Positions 25,201 to 40,200 of a DNA stretch of 64,000 nucleotides are shown here, piece after piece (position 1 is the stretch's first letter; every line of letters begins with the position of its first letter). Source of the stretch: Tubulanus polymorphus. Its lineage: Eukaryota > Animalia > Nemertea. The stretch is taken from the NCBI RefSeq assembly GCF_964204645.1, contig NC_134034.1, positions 5,120,914 to 5,184,913 of the forward strand, in the 5' to 3' direction. Below the pieces are notes generated by a model. It saw only the letters and a program-made list of their open reading frames with translations, ran no database searches and was not told where the DNA came from. Both the position numbers and the translations under genes were made by a program.

Positions 25201-28200
25201 CAAAAGTTGACGGACAGACGACGACGGACATCACTCTAACCCGTCAGCCCCGCGGACCTTCGGTCACAGCGGAGCTAATAAATGTGAAGATTAGACAATC
25301 AAAAGATATTTACTTTATCTTCTAAACTCAAAAATCCAAGGGCATAACCAATCAAATCCATATCCTCCATTACACTTTCGTTGTCAGGTGGGGTGAAGGT
25401 TACTGTAACTAACGAATACCCCCTAGCAGGAACATGCTGTAATATATAAACAAATCATTAAATATATTTCAATATTTGTTTCAGACAAATTGCAGTTAAG
25501 CTCGAGGGATTAATTCATCTGAATTGTTAATCTTTTTGCCCTCAACCAGCAGAGCGTCCCACAGGCATTATTAGCGCTCTGAAATTTCTTTTCTTTCTGA
25601 TAAAAGGGGTCAGTGGGTACACTGATCACTAGAGGCAAAGAGTATCTCCTATAATAGTCGTCATAATTCTAATTACCACTTGGTTTGGAGAAATCGAAAA
25701 TGGAGATGATGATTCAATCCCTTCATGAAGCCGATAATTCACAGAAATAAGTTTATTAACAGTCGTCGAAGCTTTCTCACAGTCGTCATCATCGTCTATG
25801 TCAACCGATGCAGCAGATGACGCCGGAGGACAGATCGACCCGACAGCTTTTTGACTGACTGTATCTGGTGAATCGGGAATGAAACCAGTCGGTGCTCGCT
25901 CTATTTTCTCTGGTTCCGCTGAAATCCATCAAAAGACCATCAGTCAAAGAATGACGATTTGGAAAATTTATGAATACAGGCACTTTTTAATCAATGACAC
26001 AATTAATGATCATAAATATCTATTTCATATCGAAATGTTCATAATATTTCATAGTCCATCAAAAGAAATCCATCAGTCAAAGAATGACGATTTGGAAAAT
26101 TTATGAATACAGGCACTTTTTAATCAATGACACAATTAATGATAATAGATATCTATTTCATATCGGATTGTTCATAATATTTCATATCTCTTACTACATG
26201 AAATACTTAATAATAATCACAATAATAATAATGATTTGATATAATTCATGGGAGGTTGAGGAGGTTTTTTGGTTACTTACGTGTATTTGATGGAATAATT
26301 TCGTTGCCGTCTTCATCAATGGGAGGAAATGGTCTGCCATATGTAACGATTAAATCAATAATTTGATGATCGTCAGCTTGCATATTGTACATCTGCCAGT
26401 CAAGTCGGATGTCGCAAGGACTTGTATTATTCACTCGAATCTGCCGTGAAATAGCTTTAACTCCTGAAACGTGTGTGCCAAATCGAATGATCGGACGTTG
26501 GCCTGGACTCGCTGCAGTCAGCTGGAAATTTAACGGGTTACCCATGACACCCATTGTAACAGGAATAACCTGATTGAGGTCGTCAATCGTACAGATAATT
26601 TTATCCGCATACATCCCCCACATGTCACAGTAAGCCTTTACTTCAACTTTTAGTTCACCTGAAAGGAATAGAAAAAAAAAATTTTCGGCTGAGTTCAATC
26701 CCCAAATTATCCACCTAAGAATGAGATCAAGTTTATGTTTAGGTGATAGGGTGGTTCAGGTGGTTCATGTTTGAGTTCGGAATGAGCCTTTGAAAAAGAA
26801 AATGGTCAAAATTCAGATATACAGTAGAGTATGCTGATATACACACATTTAGAAGTCCATGTGCATTTAGGTGCCAGTAAATTTACATATTATTATGACT
26901 GCCCGATGATTTGGATTTCATGAGTTGGACTCAAATAAAATGTGCTGGCCACTCACCGAAAGGTTGTAAAGTAGAATTTGCAGGAGTTATCACAAATGCT
27001 GCTCCTAAACCTGCCGATAAGATCGCTCTAGAAATCTCTGCCTGAGCACGGGCCTCGGATTTACTGCTTGGATCAGTGATATTTGCAGTTTTACGCAACA
27101 GTCCACGACTAAAACACAGAAGACAGCCAGGAAAAACTATAAAATTCTTGATAAACTTTTTTTAATGAATATTATGGATATTCATGTGTATCCTAAAAAA
27201 TCTCAAGGTGATGGTAATAAGCCATAACAATGGTAACACTACATTTTTGGTAAGCATGCAATAGGCAATGTGCATTTCTATGATTTTTTATTATAATTCC
27301 TGTAGATGGAAAAAACAAGGTTTACTTTCAGTCTAACTTACGTTTTGTTTGGCGAGTCTCGCTTCTCCCCTCGACTAGTGGATGGCGGTGTCGGTGGTTT
27401 ACCGGAGAAATGTTCGACTCGAGTGGAAAATGAGGCTGCTATCGCGGAATTATTTCTAATGATGATATTTCGAGTAACGACTGAATTCAATGCGACTGAA
27501 TCTCCAAAATCTACAGTCAAATCATCCCTTATACTGAAAAAACGAGGGAACAAGATTTTTGAAAGAAAATTCTAGTAATGACCTTTTTCAAGATGTAAGA
27601 AATTATTGCAGTTTTGACTTCTGCATACAAAAAACACATTTAACATCAGCATCGGAACTGATCTTCAATGTGGCTCACAATTCAGATGATTCCCAGCCAA
27701 AAAAAATTGTAACGATATACAAATTGAAAGAAAAGGTCAGTGCGCATCATTTCAAGACAAATTTTTTTGGGGTTTTAGAATGCTGGTTTCAGCTAGGAGC
27801 CTAGTGTCTGATGTCCATGATGATGAGGGTCCAGAGGGTTACATTTGGAAACCGAAAAATCCCTGATCACAGTACCTGGAATCTTCATTGAGACTAATAT
27901 AGCTGACATCTAAACCTCTGACATCAGCTGTTAGGGCAAGAACCAATGGATTGTCCATGCCACCAATTGAACATGGGATTTTAACATTCGAAATCTCCAT
28001 CACTGAGAGACCAGTAAAATTAACTTGGATGCTACGTTTTTCCCTTGGTCCAAGATTTCCCTGGCTCTCAGCTAACTCCACAGTACATTGATCACTATGA
28101 GTCCCTTCAACCTACAAAACAAATAAGTTAACCCTTTGGTTACTGGATGAATTACCACAACGCACAACATACTTTTTTGGACCAGATTAACACTGGGTAA

Positions 28201-31200
28201 AATGCACCAATAGAGGTCCAACTTTTAAACTGCTGTAAATTTTACTCAATAAAGATATCTCTACACTGTAAAAGACTAGAGGTCCATAAACACCATGCCA
28301 TTTAAAGTAGTTTGAAATGCTCAATAATCTGACAATTTCAATATTTATTGCCCCCTCATGACCACAAGGACCTATCACATCATTTGGACTGCGATTAGAA
28401 GCATAGAAAAGGTTAATATGATGGACATAGTAATCTACGGTGTCTTTATGAATATCAACAATGAAACACAAAATTGTATTCTGACTTTCCGGGCGGTCAT
28501 TTTGCACTGGACCTCCAAAAATTTACCCACCCAGTGGACCCCTCCTTTTTCAGCACCATTCTATGTCTATAGCAATAAACTACTGCTTAGTGAAGTTCAA
28601 ATGCCCTACATCCAATAGTTTGTTAGTATTAAAGTTATTAACCCATTAGCACTCAGGAATTCCACTATGTACCGTCTAATTCAAGGGAAAATCCAAGTTT
28701 ATCACGATACCGAATTTCATTTACTGTTTGCTGTTTATTTTCATGCATTATTTCATGTTATTTTAGAGCAAATAATCGAGGCTTTCATACGATATAAGAT
28801 TTAATGAGGTGGGTCACCGAAATTGTGTCCTTTTGAATATTCAAAAATATGCAAGGTGCCTCTTTTGCAGAAGAATAGTGGGTACTTATGTCTGTCATCT
28901 TGATTCCTATAGACTATAGGTCTACATCACACCGTATCAGAAATTTCCCTTGTGGAAGAAAACTAAATTCTGTCTGCAGATGGACGGTCAAACAGGGGAC
29001 AAAAAGTGAACGCAATAGTGCGCTGGAACTAAAGTTCCAAGTGGGTAAAGAAGAAGATTTGACAGGGAGAAGAGAACATAAGGGAGAAAAAGGATAAAGT
29101 TGGTGGGGTTCACTATACCTGCAGCCATTTAAAGTTGGTTTCAAGAAGCGTTTGATTGAACAAAATAACTTCCTGTGTAACAGTCACTCCAACATAGACA
29201 TCCCTTAGATCCAACTGACAAGACTGTAAACAAACTTTTGGGACTTGAACCTCAGCAAACGTAGCCAAATGTCTGAAAATTGAGAATTTGAAAATTCTTA
29301 CCCTGTAAAACTTAGATACATTGGATTATGAGTAAATATAGAAGGTCTAGATAAACATATCCGCTGTAGTCTTCATCTTCTTTAGGAGAGGCAACCATTG
29401 ACATAAGACCCTATAGCCTATGACCTAACTAGCATTTGGCACTATTTTCAGCCAGGTATACGTGTAGATAGTAACAACAAGCAGTGTTCTCCATTAGGGG
29501 TCCCATTAGGACAGCCTGCCCCTTTAATTTTCATGTCCACCCCATGAAAAGATTAGCCGCCCCTGTAGCCGACATAGGTTGAAAATCTGTCAGTGACAAT
29601 CTTCGATCAGATAGCATTACACATTTAACAGATATTTCTGCGATCAGATTTTCGCGAAAGAGCTCATACAAATTTTAACGAGGCCCTCTTTCAAAATTCA
29701 GCTTCGTAGGGGTTGGAGAATAGATAATGCTCTGATGAATGATTTGTATGAATATATACTTTGCATATAGTCGCATGGTCAAATAGCCTTAGCTCTGGAA
29801 ACCATGTCATTTAAATTTGCTCCATTTGTATAGTAATAGGCTCAGCCTATGGCTGGCCTAATAAATAAATGCTTGCTGAGCTTTATTGACAAATCTAGTT
29901 ATATGAATGGAAGAACATCGAACTATTTTATGAATGTAGGACTGCCAATCTCCATCAGAAAAGTGCTTCAAGCAAACTGCCAATGATCGCTTTCTAGCCA
30001 AAGGCTATAAAAATTACAGAACTTACACTAGTTTATTATGACCCCAAATGCTGGGAAAGTACATCTGAGCACCTAATACAAAATTTTTACAGGAGAGGGC
30101 CTCAGACCCCCGTTCCCGATTATTGAAAGGGGTCATCCTCTCCTACCTCCAATGTATCATGGTTGTGCTAACATTTGTATTGGAGAAAATCAATTGGAGC
30201 CATAGAGACCTTTGAGGTTTCAATGCCAAAATCAATAAGGGTTTATCTTCCCACAGGTACAACCTGCACATCATGGTTGTGCTTCAATCCAGGAAGAAAG
30301 ACACTAAATATTTGGATGGATTTATGAAAGCTGTGGGTACTGGAGTGTGTAATGGGTAGTGTAGTGTGATCTGTGTGCATTTGTGGCCAGCACACAGATA
30401 ACCTTGTTCATTGGGGTTTGGTCCAGGACTCGCGAGATTTTCAACAACACGGAAGTAACGTGTAATTAATGATGACTTGAATTGCATGACTACCTACCAC
30501 CCCTCATTATTGTTGGAAAACTAAACGTTCCGCACAGACTAAAAATTAGTAATAACATTTTAGAAATGGCCAAAATTTTAACTTAGGTTCTATCTCATTT
30601 TTATTTTACAATTGCGATTGATATAATTTTTTTTTAAACGGCTGTTAAGGCTTCATGTTTCGTCTGTAATTCACTGCAAATAGTTACGCAACTACGCACA
30701 TTTCAGTGTTTTTGGCAGCTGTACACTCAATCGGCACCGTTCGTGACTAGCTTCACTGCGGCATTATCATTAATTAACATCGCCATATCACATCATCAAC
30801 TTATATTGTGCCTTATAACCCTAACAGCCGAAATAATTGAAATGCACACACGATTTCTATCATTGAAAATTGAGAGAGTGGCCATGTTTGTGTTTGCTGT
30901 TTCGCGCAAATCCCGCACGGTGGCGCAACCGCGCGGAGTGGGGCCGATACGTCTAGAAATATAATCATAACTAGGGGTCCAAGGACACCATGCCCACTTG
31001 GGTCTTAAGTTCCAAGTGGGCTAAAAGCTAAAGGGAACAGTTGGGATTGCTACCGTGGAGTGGGGAATGAATGATAATAGTAGTAATCATTGATCTGTTT
31101 GTATACTACTTATCAGACCCTGTTTGTGATTTCTCTCTCTCTTTTGACTTTAATGATTATAGAATTACAATTATCATTCATCATTTCTATTCATCACATA

Positions 31201-34200
31201 ATTTAATTATTCATTATCATTATCATCATAATCATTATTATTCAATCTATCTATCATCTTTAACTAGCAAATTTACTTAAAATTTAATATCATTGGCCAT
31301 TGTATCTGATTACTAATTATGACTATCCTGATGATTGTTTTATATTAGTGTATATCACCTTCTTACTTTCTCATTTGCTCATTTCTAATATCATTACTGC
31401 TGTCGTTATCGTTTTTGAATCTTTTTCCCCCTTTTTGCCCATAATCTTTGTTTTGAAAAAATGTGTTTAAAAAGAGACAAATAAATATCATTATATGTCC
31501 TAGAGCAACAGTAAAATGTTCGAAATTACTCACACCTCATTTCCATCGTCGACTGAAAGTTCAAACACAGTATTCACCGTTTTAACGCTCGTTGGTTGGA
31601 ATCGAACTTCAATCATTTTCTCCTCCAAGGGGCGCAGTTCACCAGCGCTTGGATCAAACTTGAATTCACTTTCAGCCATCGGGTCGAGCAGAGCAGCACA
31701 GGCTGGTGATTCTTGTAATGTCCATTTCGCTTGTAAACTCGACAGATTTCTAATCGTGAATGTTTGACCAACGGTTTCTCCTAATCTGACCAGACCAAAA
31801 TTCAAATCGGGCACGTCAATTACAACCTCTGGACCCTTTGAAAAAGAAAACAAAATTGGATATCATAACGGCTAAGCCTGTTCAAATGATTGTGGTTGCC
31901 AACTTCTTGTCAAAACTGGACCCTGTGAAACATCGATAGCCTCATCTACACGAGAGCAATGGTCTCAGTATAACTAAACCTGAGACTAGCCTCGACACTA
32001 CAAGTATGTAGAGTCTACACGACGATCAATAGCGCTTGATAATTTTTCGATTATGAATAAATTACTCGCATCAGTAAGCAAGTGTTGTTTGTTCACTTCT
32101 GGGTTTGGAAAAGTACAATCAGTATATGAATGGAATCATGCCTGCAGATCCCCAGAGCTCCAAACATTGAGTAAAGCCTTCGTTTCAATGTATTCCCTAA
32201 AAGACCCTGTTTAGTCGTGATGAAGAATTGTAATTAGATTGGAAATGATATGAATCAACCACGTGGAGAAGCAACTGGACATAAACAAAACCAGTGGAGG
32301 CATCTATCATGGAGTTCAAACACTAACAAATACCAGTAAACCTGAAACTGCCGTCTGTATGGTCTTGAGAGTAGACTCCCTATAGGCTCTAGTCTCAAAA
32401 TCCAGAGACAAAAAGGCTTACAAGTTATCATTAGTGCACTGGACCCAGTTGTACAGTTAGAATTAACTCTTGAGTAAAGATAAGGTAATTAACTCTTGAG
32501 TAAAGATAAGGTCATTTTCAATGTAGTAAAACTCTAGTACAGCTAAATGTAACCATAGCTGTGGAAGCAGGTAGGGGAGTTCACCCATAAGGAAGTAATC
32601 AGCACAGTTAGATGAATGCATGCATACCTTCATTTCAGCTTCAATCTTTAAGTAAATTGGTTCCTCCAGGTTTTCCACAAAACATGTCAAAGTTTCTGAA
32701 ATCTTACCAGGTTCTGTTCCAGACACTATCACCTCCAAAAAACAACTTGTCATTCCATCTGTAAAACAAGATAATACCAGTTTTTTTACACTCAAAGCTT
32801 ATCAATCATTCAATGTCTTTAAAGTAGTGTTTTTTGTAAACCAGTTCCTACTTAAACCACTTGGTTAATGCATCTCATGGCAATATTGAATAAATTCCGA
32901 GGTCTGAAGTTTGATCCGGTACATTTTATCACCATTTCCACAATTTTTGACAACACAAATGCTACTTACCTAATTCACCAATAGGTGGCTCTACGAATGC
33001 AAGATTTGTACCATTAGTAAAATCCCATTGGAATAGTATTGGTGACATGCTGTGATTGTTGAATTGAAATATTCGTCTAGCGGTCGATCCGATTGTCAAC
33101 TTGCCAGGGAATATAACAGCAGATGGATTTATAGTGACACTCAGTGGAACGCATTTACCAACCACTTCTACTTCTAGAACGGTGGCATCTTGGATTGATG
33201 TTTGAAGAGGACCGGCTGAAAATGACACAGACAACTTTATCAATCCCTATTTATTTCAAGACTGTGTTATTTGTCAAAAAATTAGATATTTAGAACCCAT
33301 AGGCCTATATACAGTATGATAATATTTAATCTAGTTCATTTTGCTTGAAGAACCCAGATGAATTGGGTGTTACATTCGTGCATTTTGTTCATACCTAATT
33401 TATTGTTCTCATCAGTTGATGCTTCATGAATCATCGGAATTTCGTGTAAGACCAGGTGTAAAACACTGTGGAAATCTCTCACTTCTGGTGGAGCAAACAC
33501 GACCAAGAACTCCGCCTCCATACCCGCTGCTAAAACACCCTCCGCTGGCTCAACCATGAAACTATGATCGATGAATCGTTCGACTGGAAGTTCGAGATCA
33601 CCGGTTTCGCGAGCGGACGGAGAAACCAAGTGTGGCTTCGTCACTTTCCAACTGAATGGTAAATCGATATTTGCCGCGTTGCGAATTTTCATTCGTCGTT
33701 GAAGGTAAGTGAAAGGGTTCAAATCATCGAACACATAATAATGCTGGGCAGCAACGTCCCGCCACGCTCCTGGTAATGGTGATTTCAGTCCACCTTCGAT
33801 ATCAACTAATTCAACTCTAGCAATTTGTCCAATGCCTCTTATGGTATAATTTCGAACCTGACAGTTATCACAGATCATGCAGATATTTCGCTGGTAGGTT
33901 TCAATGCCTGTCGGCTGAAAGACTACTTCCAATAGTGTGCTTTCTCCGCTCTTCAAATCAAAAACAGATGGAGAGATTGAAAATGGGGCCACCTGTAGGC
34001 ATTCCGGATTCACAGCAGTCTGAAAAATGAAAAAAATATAGTAAATTGAAACAGAATTTCATAGAATCTGAGGGCAACATGATGGAACAGATATAGTTAA
34101 GTAACTGAATTCAGCCCTCATCACGTGTTAGTTTTGAATGCATTCAAAACTCAAGCGCGAGGAAATACATCATTCGTCCAAAATTGAGAACGACATGATA

Positions 34201-37200
34201 ATGATCTCCAATGAATGTCAGATCCATTAAGTACAATGCTTTAGACTGAGTCATGAATCTGATGATAGTTATTTCTCAAGAACATAATGAAAGCATCTAA
34301 TATTATATTCATCTAATACTATATTTCATACTCCGATTTGCGATTCCAGAGAAGAAATATTAGACCAAACACTTTAGGCTTGAGCCAAATGAGATGACAG
34401 CATGAAATGTTTTAGCAAAATTTACACCCCCTTCTAGGAAGCCAGTAGAACATACCAAACATACGTGTCCCCTTCATCACTTAACATCAAGTTATGATGT
34501 TAGTACTCAAACCCTATTGCTTTTGAACGCTTCCTGGTGGTAATAAACCTCTACTAGGTGGTGCTCCGGTAGATTTTATGAGAGAATATGAAGGCTTCAT
34601 AAACTTATGACAAGTCTTGTGATAAAACACATGCCTAGTGACCTAGATACATAGGCCTATTGGATTATCAATTAGGATTTTATTCAAAATAAATGATGCA
34701 GAAATAATATTCTCAATATTTTCATGGAGTCTGTGGAAGAGAAAACGAAGGTAACATCTGTGCAGTCCTAAGTGCACAGGAGTCACCCGAACGCAACATT
34801 ACCCACTAGTACAATATTGTTCAAGATCAGGTTCTATGATTTCATATTTCTGTGGAAAATATGGTTAAAATAAATTTTGTTATGTCATCATATCAATGAA
34901 AACAAGCTATCTATGTCAGCATGGAAATTGGCTCTTTTTGAGGATTACAATTTTTTAAGGTTTAGATTCCAGAAAACTTCCGAGGCAATTTCGATTCCAA
35001 GATGGCTGACATTGGTCACATGACCTCAATGCACCAATCTTAACCAACGAAAATTAACCCGAAAAGTAGCTCTATGTCATATCTTAATTGTTGGTGTATA
35101 GTTTGTTTATTAAGGTTGAGTAGATTCTGAATAATGCAAAATTAACTAATACACTTGTTTACCCAATAATCATCTCAGTATTATATAATGTAATGTAAAA
35201 TGGCCAGCATGGAAAGGGTTGATATTTTCATGCTGTAGGTGATGTGTAGAGATAGATAACTAGTTGCTTTGCGGTATGGTGTACTGTATGAGGACATGAA
35301 ACTTTCTAAGAAATTCTTATATGGAATCCCCATATCATGCATGGCCTGATAAATCGTTTGCTTGCAGTATGGGGTTCTCGCCAACAAAGGGTTAACAAAC
35401 CTTGAAATTAGTTGCAGGCCAGGATTCTTCATTGAGTAAACAGAATCGACCATCTCCTCCAGAATTCTTAACAGTAATGTGGGAAACTCGACACGCACCG
35501 GTCAAACAAAATCCAACATCTATTACTTCAGGGACTGAAAAATTTAAGACGATTAAGCTGATTTGCCAATTATCGTGAGTTGAAAATGTCAAGGAAGTTT
35601 TCATATTCAACCAGAAAGAAACTTTCCATGATGGGTTTCGGTATTGACTTTAAAAGTGAATGGAAATAACCGTGTTGATGCGGTGCATGTTTAATCCATA
35701 CTATCAAGGTAAAACGTTAGTGAGTATACTTACCATGACCACTGGTTACAGTCTGCTCTCACCACAGGTATAGAATACATGCAATATACCTCCTCGGCAC
35801 AATCGCCGAGAACCCATGGCATAGGCCAATGACCATGCAGTCCATGGGGTACAAGCTTCACATCGATGATTCAACACGAGTGTTTTGAAGCTGTTCACAG
35901 ACTGAACCTTAAGGCCAATTACTAGCTGTACCCTGAGGGGCTATGGCTTACGATTGACCAAGTGGAACACGAAAACAATATTCACCAGCGGAAGAACGAC
36001 AATTACGCAAGACTAATTATGGGCATTTTGGACTTAACAATTTTGATCCCGTGAGACAATGACATAAAACAACTAAAACGACAAACAAAATCAGAAGCTG
36101 CTATATAAGTTTTTCAAATTTCAGGTCAGTACAGTTTAAACCAGGACGGCCAGTTACAGTTGAAATCAAGTTCATCAACTGAGTGAATGTGGCTTTCAAT
36201 AGTTTCATTCATCAGATAGGATATCTTTTAATAGTAAAGCAATTTAGGCCCAAGCTTAAAACGGTTTTAAATGTGACGCCATGTCTTCGCATGACCATTC
36301 GACAATTAAAATATGGGTCCGTTGATGCACGTCTGTGTGCACGCGGTAAAAACACTTATCTTCTCTGTGGGAAACGTTATCTATTACTATACGTAATTGA
36401 TACATATATGGTTGACGGATAAAGCGTTATTGCAGACAATGCAATCGACTCGCGTCGTGCACTAAGTATTAAGAATATCAAAATCATCAATGTTGCAAAC
36501 TTAATACAAGATACGGGCTCCAACGATTGCTAACGTAAGGGCATAAAAGATGACGGGTTCAATTGATGACACTTAATACCAACTTTAATTACTTAAGATT
36601 AGTTCTCAGTGTTGATCAAAACACGGATCTCGGGCGTATACTGCGTGTGGTGTTATCACTGCAGAAAATAGTGGATGCACGCTACCTGCAGTGATATTAT
36701 CGGGGCAGAAATCTCAGCTGGCCAATTAATTTACGCTGGTTTTTACGTAGAGAGTGGCGACTGCCTGAAACAGCAAAGAATGATCCGGTCTTATCCGAAT
36801 TCCAAAAGTTCTCACTGCTTAGTTGTGTCCGGAGCACTCCCAATTCGCTCGGCATTAGGGGTGAATATCGCGCGTGCTGTGCGATCAATATCTTCATGTA
36901 CAAACGTGTTCTGTGTTACACACACACAGCCAGTGTATTGAGCGTCGCCGTAGTAAATCACTACAGCGGCTTGAACTAACGAGAACCGTTGACTATTTTA
37001 AAACCAAATTTGAGCACTTATAAATATCAGAATCAAATATAAACCAAGCTGCGCCATCTACACCAAGTACAGAATATATGTGCCAATTTACAGCACAGAA
37101 TTATCGGTCCACACAAACAGTTTAAATCGACCGACCGACTGACCGACCGACCGACAGACAGACAGACAGACAGTGAAACAGTCTGACGATGAAACCCATC

Positions 37201-40200
37201 AAAAATCAAATAAAAAACAGTATGCAGTAGCTAGGCCTACAATTTCTATATCGCTTAAAACTAACAATGTTACAGCCGCGCACAGCATAACATTTGTTTC
37301 ACCAAAACAGAAAACACGTTTTTCACAAAACATTTTGAGTGAAAGTTTTGAAAGTTCAAAGCAAAATGGAATCCATGGAGACAAAAATGAACTCAGTTAT
37401 TTACATAACTTTTTTGTAATGCCATGTGATGCATTTTCTGAAATTACGTCCAAATCAATAAGCCTACAATTTACACTAGTAGCTGTTGGAATCCCTACTA
37501 CGGGAAGCTGATCATTTGACAGCCCGTGAATAGGGGTATCCGTGGTTTATCTGACAGAGATACTGCGAAACAGGGATATCACTAGATTCTAAGATAAGAG
37601 TCCTTTTCATGAATCTGAGAATGAGCATGTCCTACCATGCACCCAACTGTGGTCAAATATGGGCATTAACTAACTTTCCTTATGAACAGATGACAGCATA
37701 TATCAAACATTGTGAACTAAGACACTAATGATACACTGTACCATGGAGAAAACTCAGTAATCATAGATGTTACACCGCACTACAATGGACAGTGAATTTC
37801 TGAATTTACTCCCAGCATTGTCAGGGTAAGAATGCATTAGCACTGAGATATGCTAATACGATACATCAGAATGAATAAATAACTTACGAGTGAGAATCGG
37901 CGCATTTCGTTTCGCAACTAGTGCAACTTTAATCGCTTCAGATGATTGAGTCTGTACTAGAATCTCGTCGGCGAAATCTCCAAGAGAATCAGCTATAAAT
38001 CTGACGGTAAACTGACAACTCATTCCTGGAGCGACTAACCCACTATCACCCGGGAACTGTCCTAATCCAACTGAGAAATAATTCGACTTGGGTGGCACAA
38101 CACGACATGGTTGTAAAACAGAGCTCACATTTTTCAACTCGAGAGTTTGTTCATAGGCTTGTCCAACTTTATACTCATTGAATCGAATAATCGGGGGCGA
38201 TGCCAGAAATATCGGTATTTTTTTATCAACGGTTTTCGTCGTTTTTGGTTTGATGCCGATTTCTTTCGGTGGTTTATTGCGCGGTTTCAGTAGGCTTCGC
38301 GTTTCACCAATCTCAGCACGTGACACCTGATGGCGAGGATTTTTCAAGAAGTTTGTTCGCGCTTCGAGATTCGCGAGATCGATACGGTTTTGTTCACGTT
38401 GAAACTCGCTTGTGTGTTCCTGCCATAAGTTATTCATCGGTTTCTGAAATAACACAAAATTTAGCGATCAGAATTAAAGATCCTCTATTAGCAGAAAATT
38501 CTCAAGTGATGGGAGATGGGAGGAGATGGGAATAAAATGAAGTGATCAAATTTCCAATAGCTGCGAATCCTAAGGCGATACCTGAATTTGGGTATGATAT
38601 CGAGCTTAAACGTATGTACGTAGTAGGTTTTTTTTTACACCCTCAACCCGGTAAGCGCCACGCAGGGCATTTTAAGCGGCTTCAATGTTTCTTTTTCCCA
38701 TTGGGGGTGAGACCAGAGAAGAACCTTTCGACCAAGAAACTTTGTCGCCACCAGGTTTGAACCCATAAACCCAGGATTGACGAGACCAGTGACTGGCGGC
38801 TTTAACCAACAAATTACGGTATAAAGACTTAAAGCTCTAACTTATGTGGAAGGCTGTAGTACATGCTTCTTTGTCAGCCTTGCTAAATTGTATGGTGCCA
38901 GTATTGTGGCGTGTTTTATCATCCATCACCTATTTGGCGGTTCTGGCGTTTGAGTTGCCATATTCGCTGATAGTGGGAAGCAATAAATCACTGATACTTG
39001 TCGATCATTTATTTCTTCAGTCTCATAGGCCCTACGTTGTGGATTTGGCTTGCAGATGGGGTAACAAGACGAAAATCAAATTCAGAGCAGTTCAAGAACT
39101 TGTGACAGCCACCTTTATGTTTGAGAAGTGCATTAAATCCAGAATCTATCTAAATCTAATAGGCATTTCCGGCCATTCAACCTATAGTCATCAAATATAG
39201 GAACCAGATACGCACCAACATTGATCGATCAAAGTAGGAATTATCAGTTTCAGTGTCCGAACATTCACTGTGGCCGTGAAAATCTTGTTCCTCCGCAACA
39301 TCAAACTCAACAGATGCCTCATAATCATTTGTCACATGACTTTTGTTGCTATATGATGTGGACTGTCGATTCAAAACAGATGAAGTGTCTCGAGCGTAAT
39401 CAGGGACAGAGGGGGCTGCAATAAAAGAACAATGATCCATGTACATTATGAAATTTACTGGTTCTAGATGACAGTACATCCTAGTCGAGGTAACTTAATT
39501 CCAAATTTGTCTCCGAGTTAAGTTTTCTATAGTTCAAAATGGTTTGAAATCCGATTCATTTTCAATTTCATTTTACGCAATCAGCACTTGCCAGGTAGAC
39601 AGAACAGTAGGCTAATCCAAAATATACATAACACGGTCAGGACACATTTCAGGGAAAAAACCCATCCCCATCTATTCTACTTATGTATGGATCTTTATTG
39701 CATTTTGTCAAAAAACTGAAATGAAAAGATGGTGATCTCAGGATGAACCCAGACGTATTATGCATTAAGCTAATTCCAGGCTGCAGCGTATAGGTATTCA
39801 TTGAAATCATCTGGGTCCAGTTCCACAGTTCTGAGTTAAGATTTGACTTTGGGTTAAAACATTCAAAATGAACTAATTTTAACTCTAACTCACAACTGTG
39901 GAACTGGGTCCTGTATTTTGTTGTAAAAACCAGCAAAAATAAAGAATTAAACTAAATTAGTAGGCCTATTTGACCTATCGACCCAATTCTATGGGTCATT
40001 TTCAAAAAACTGATCGTGGAACATCCACATAGTAATTGTTCTATTTCATTCAGATCCCTCCATATCCAACACTGTTGTGGCTGTTTTGATGCAGAGTTCC
40101 TATCACATACTAGGCCTAGAAAATATCATTCCCATGAAAACTAGATTGGCTCAGTTCCTACTGGTAGTGGGGTGGGAGTGATAGACTGATACATACCACT

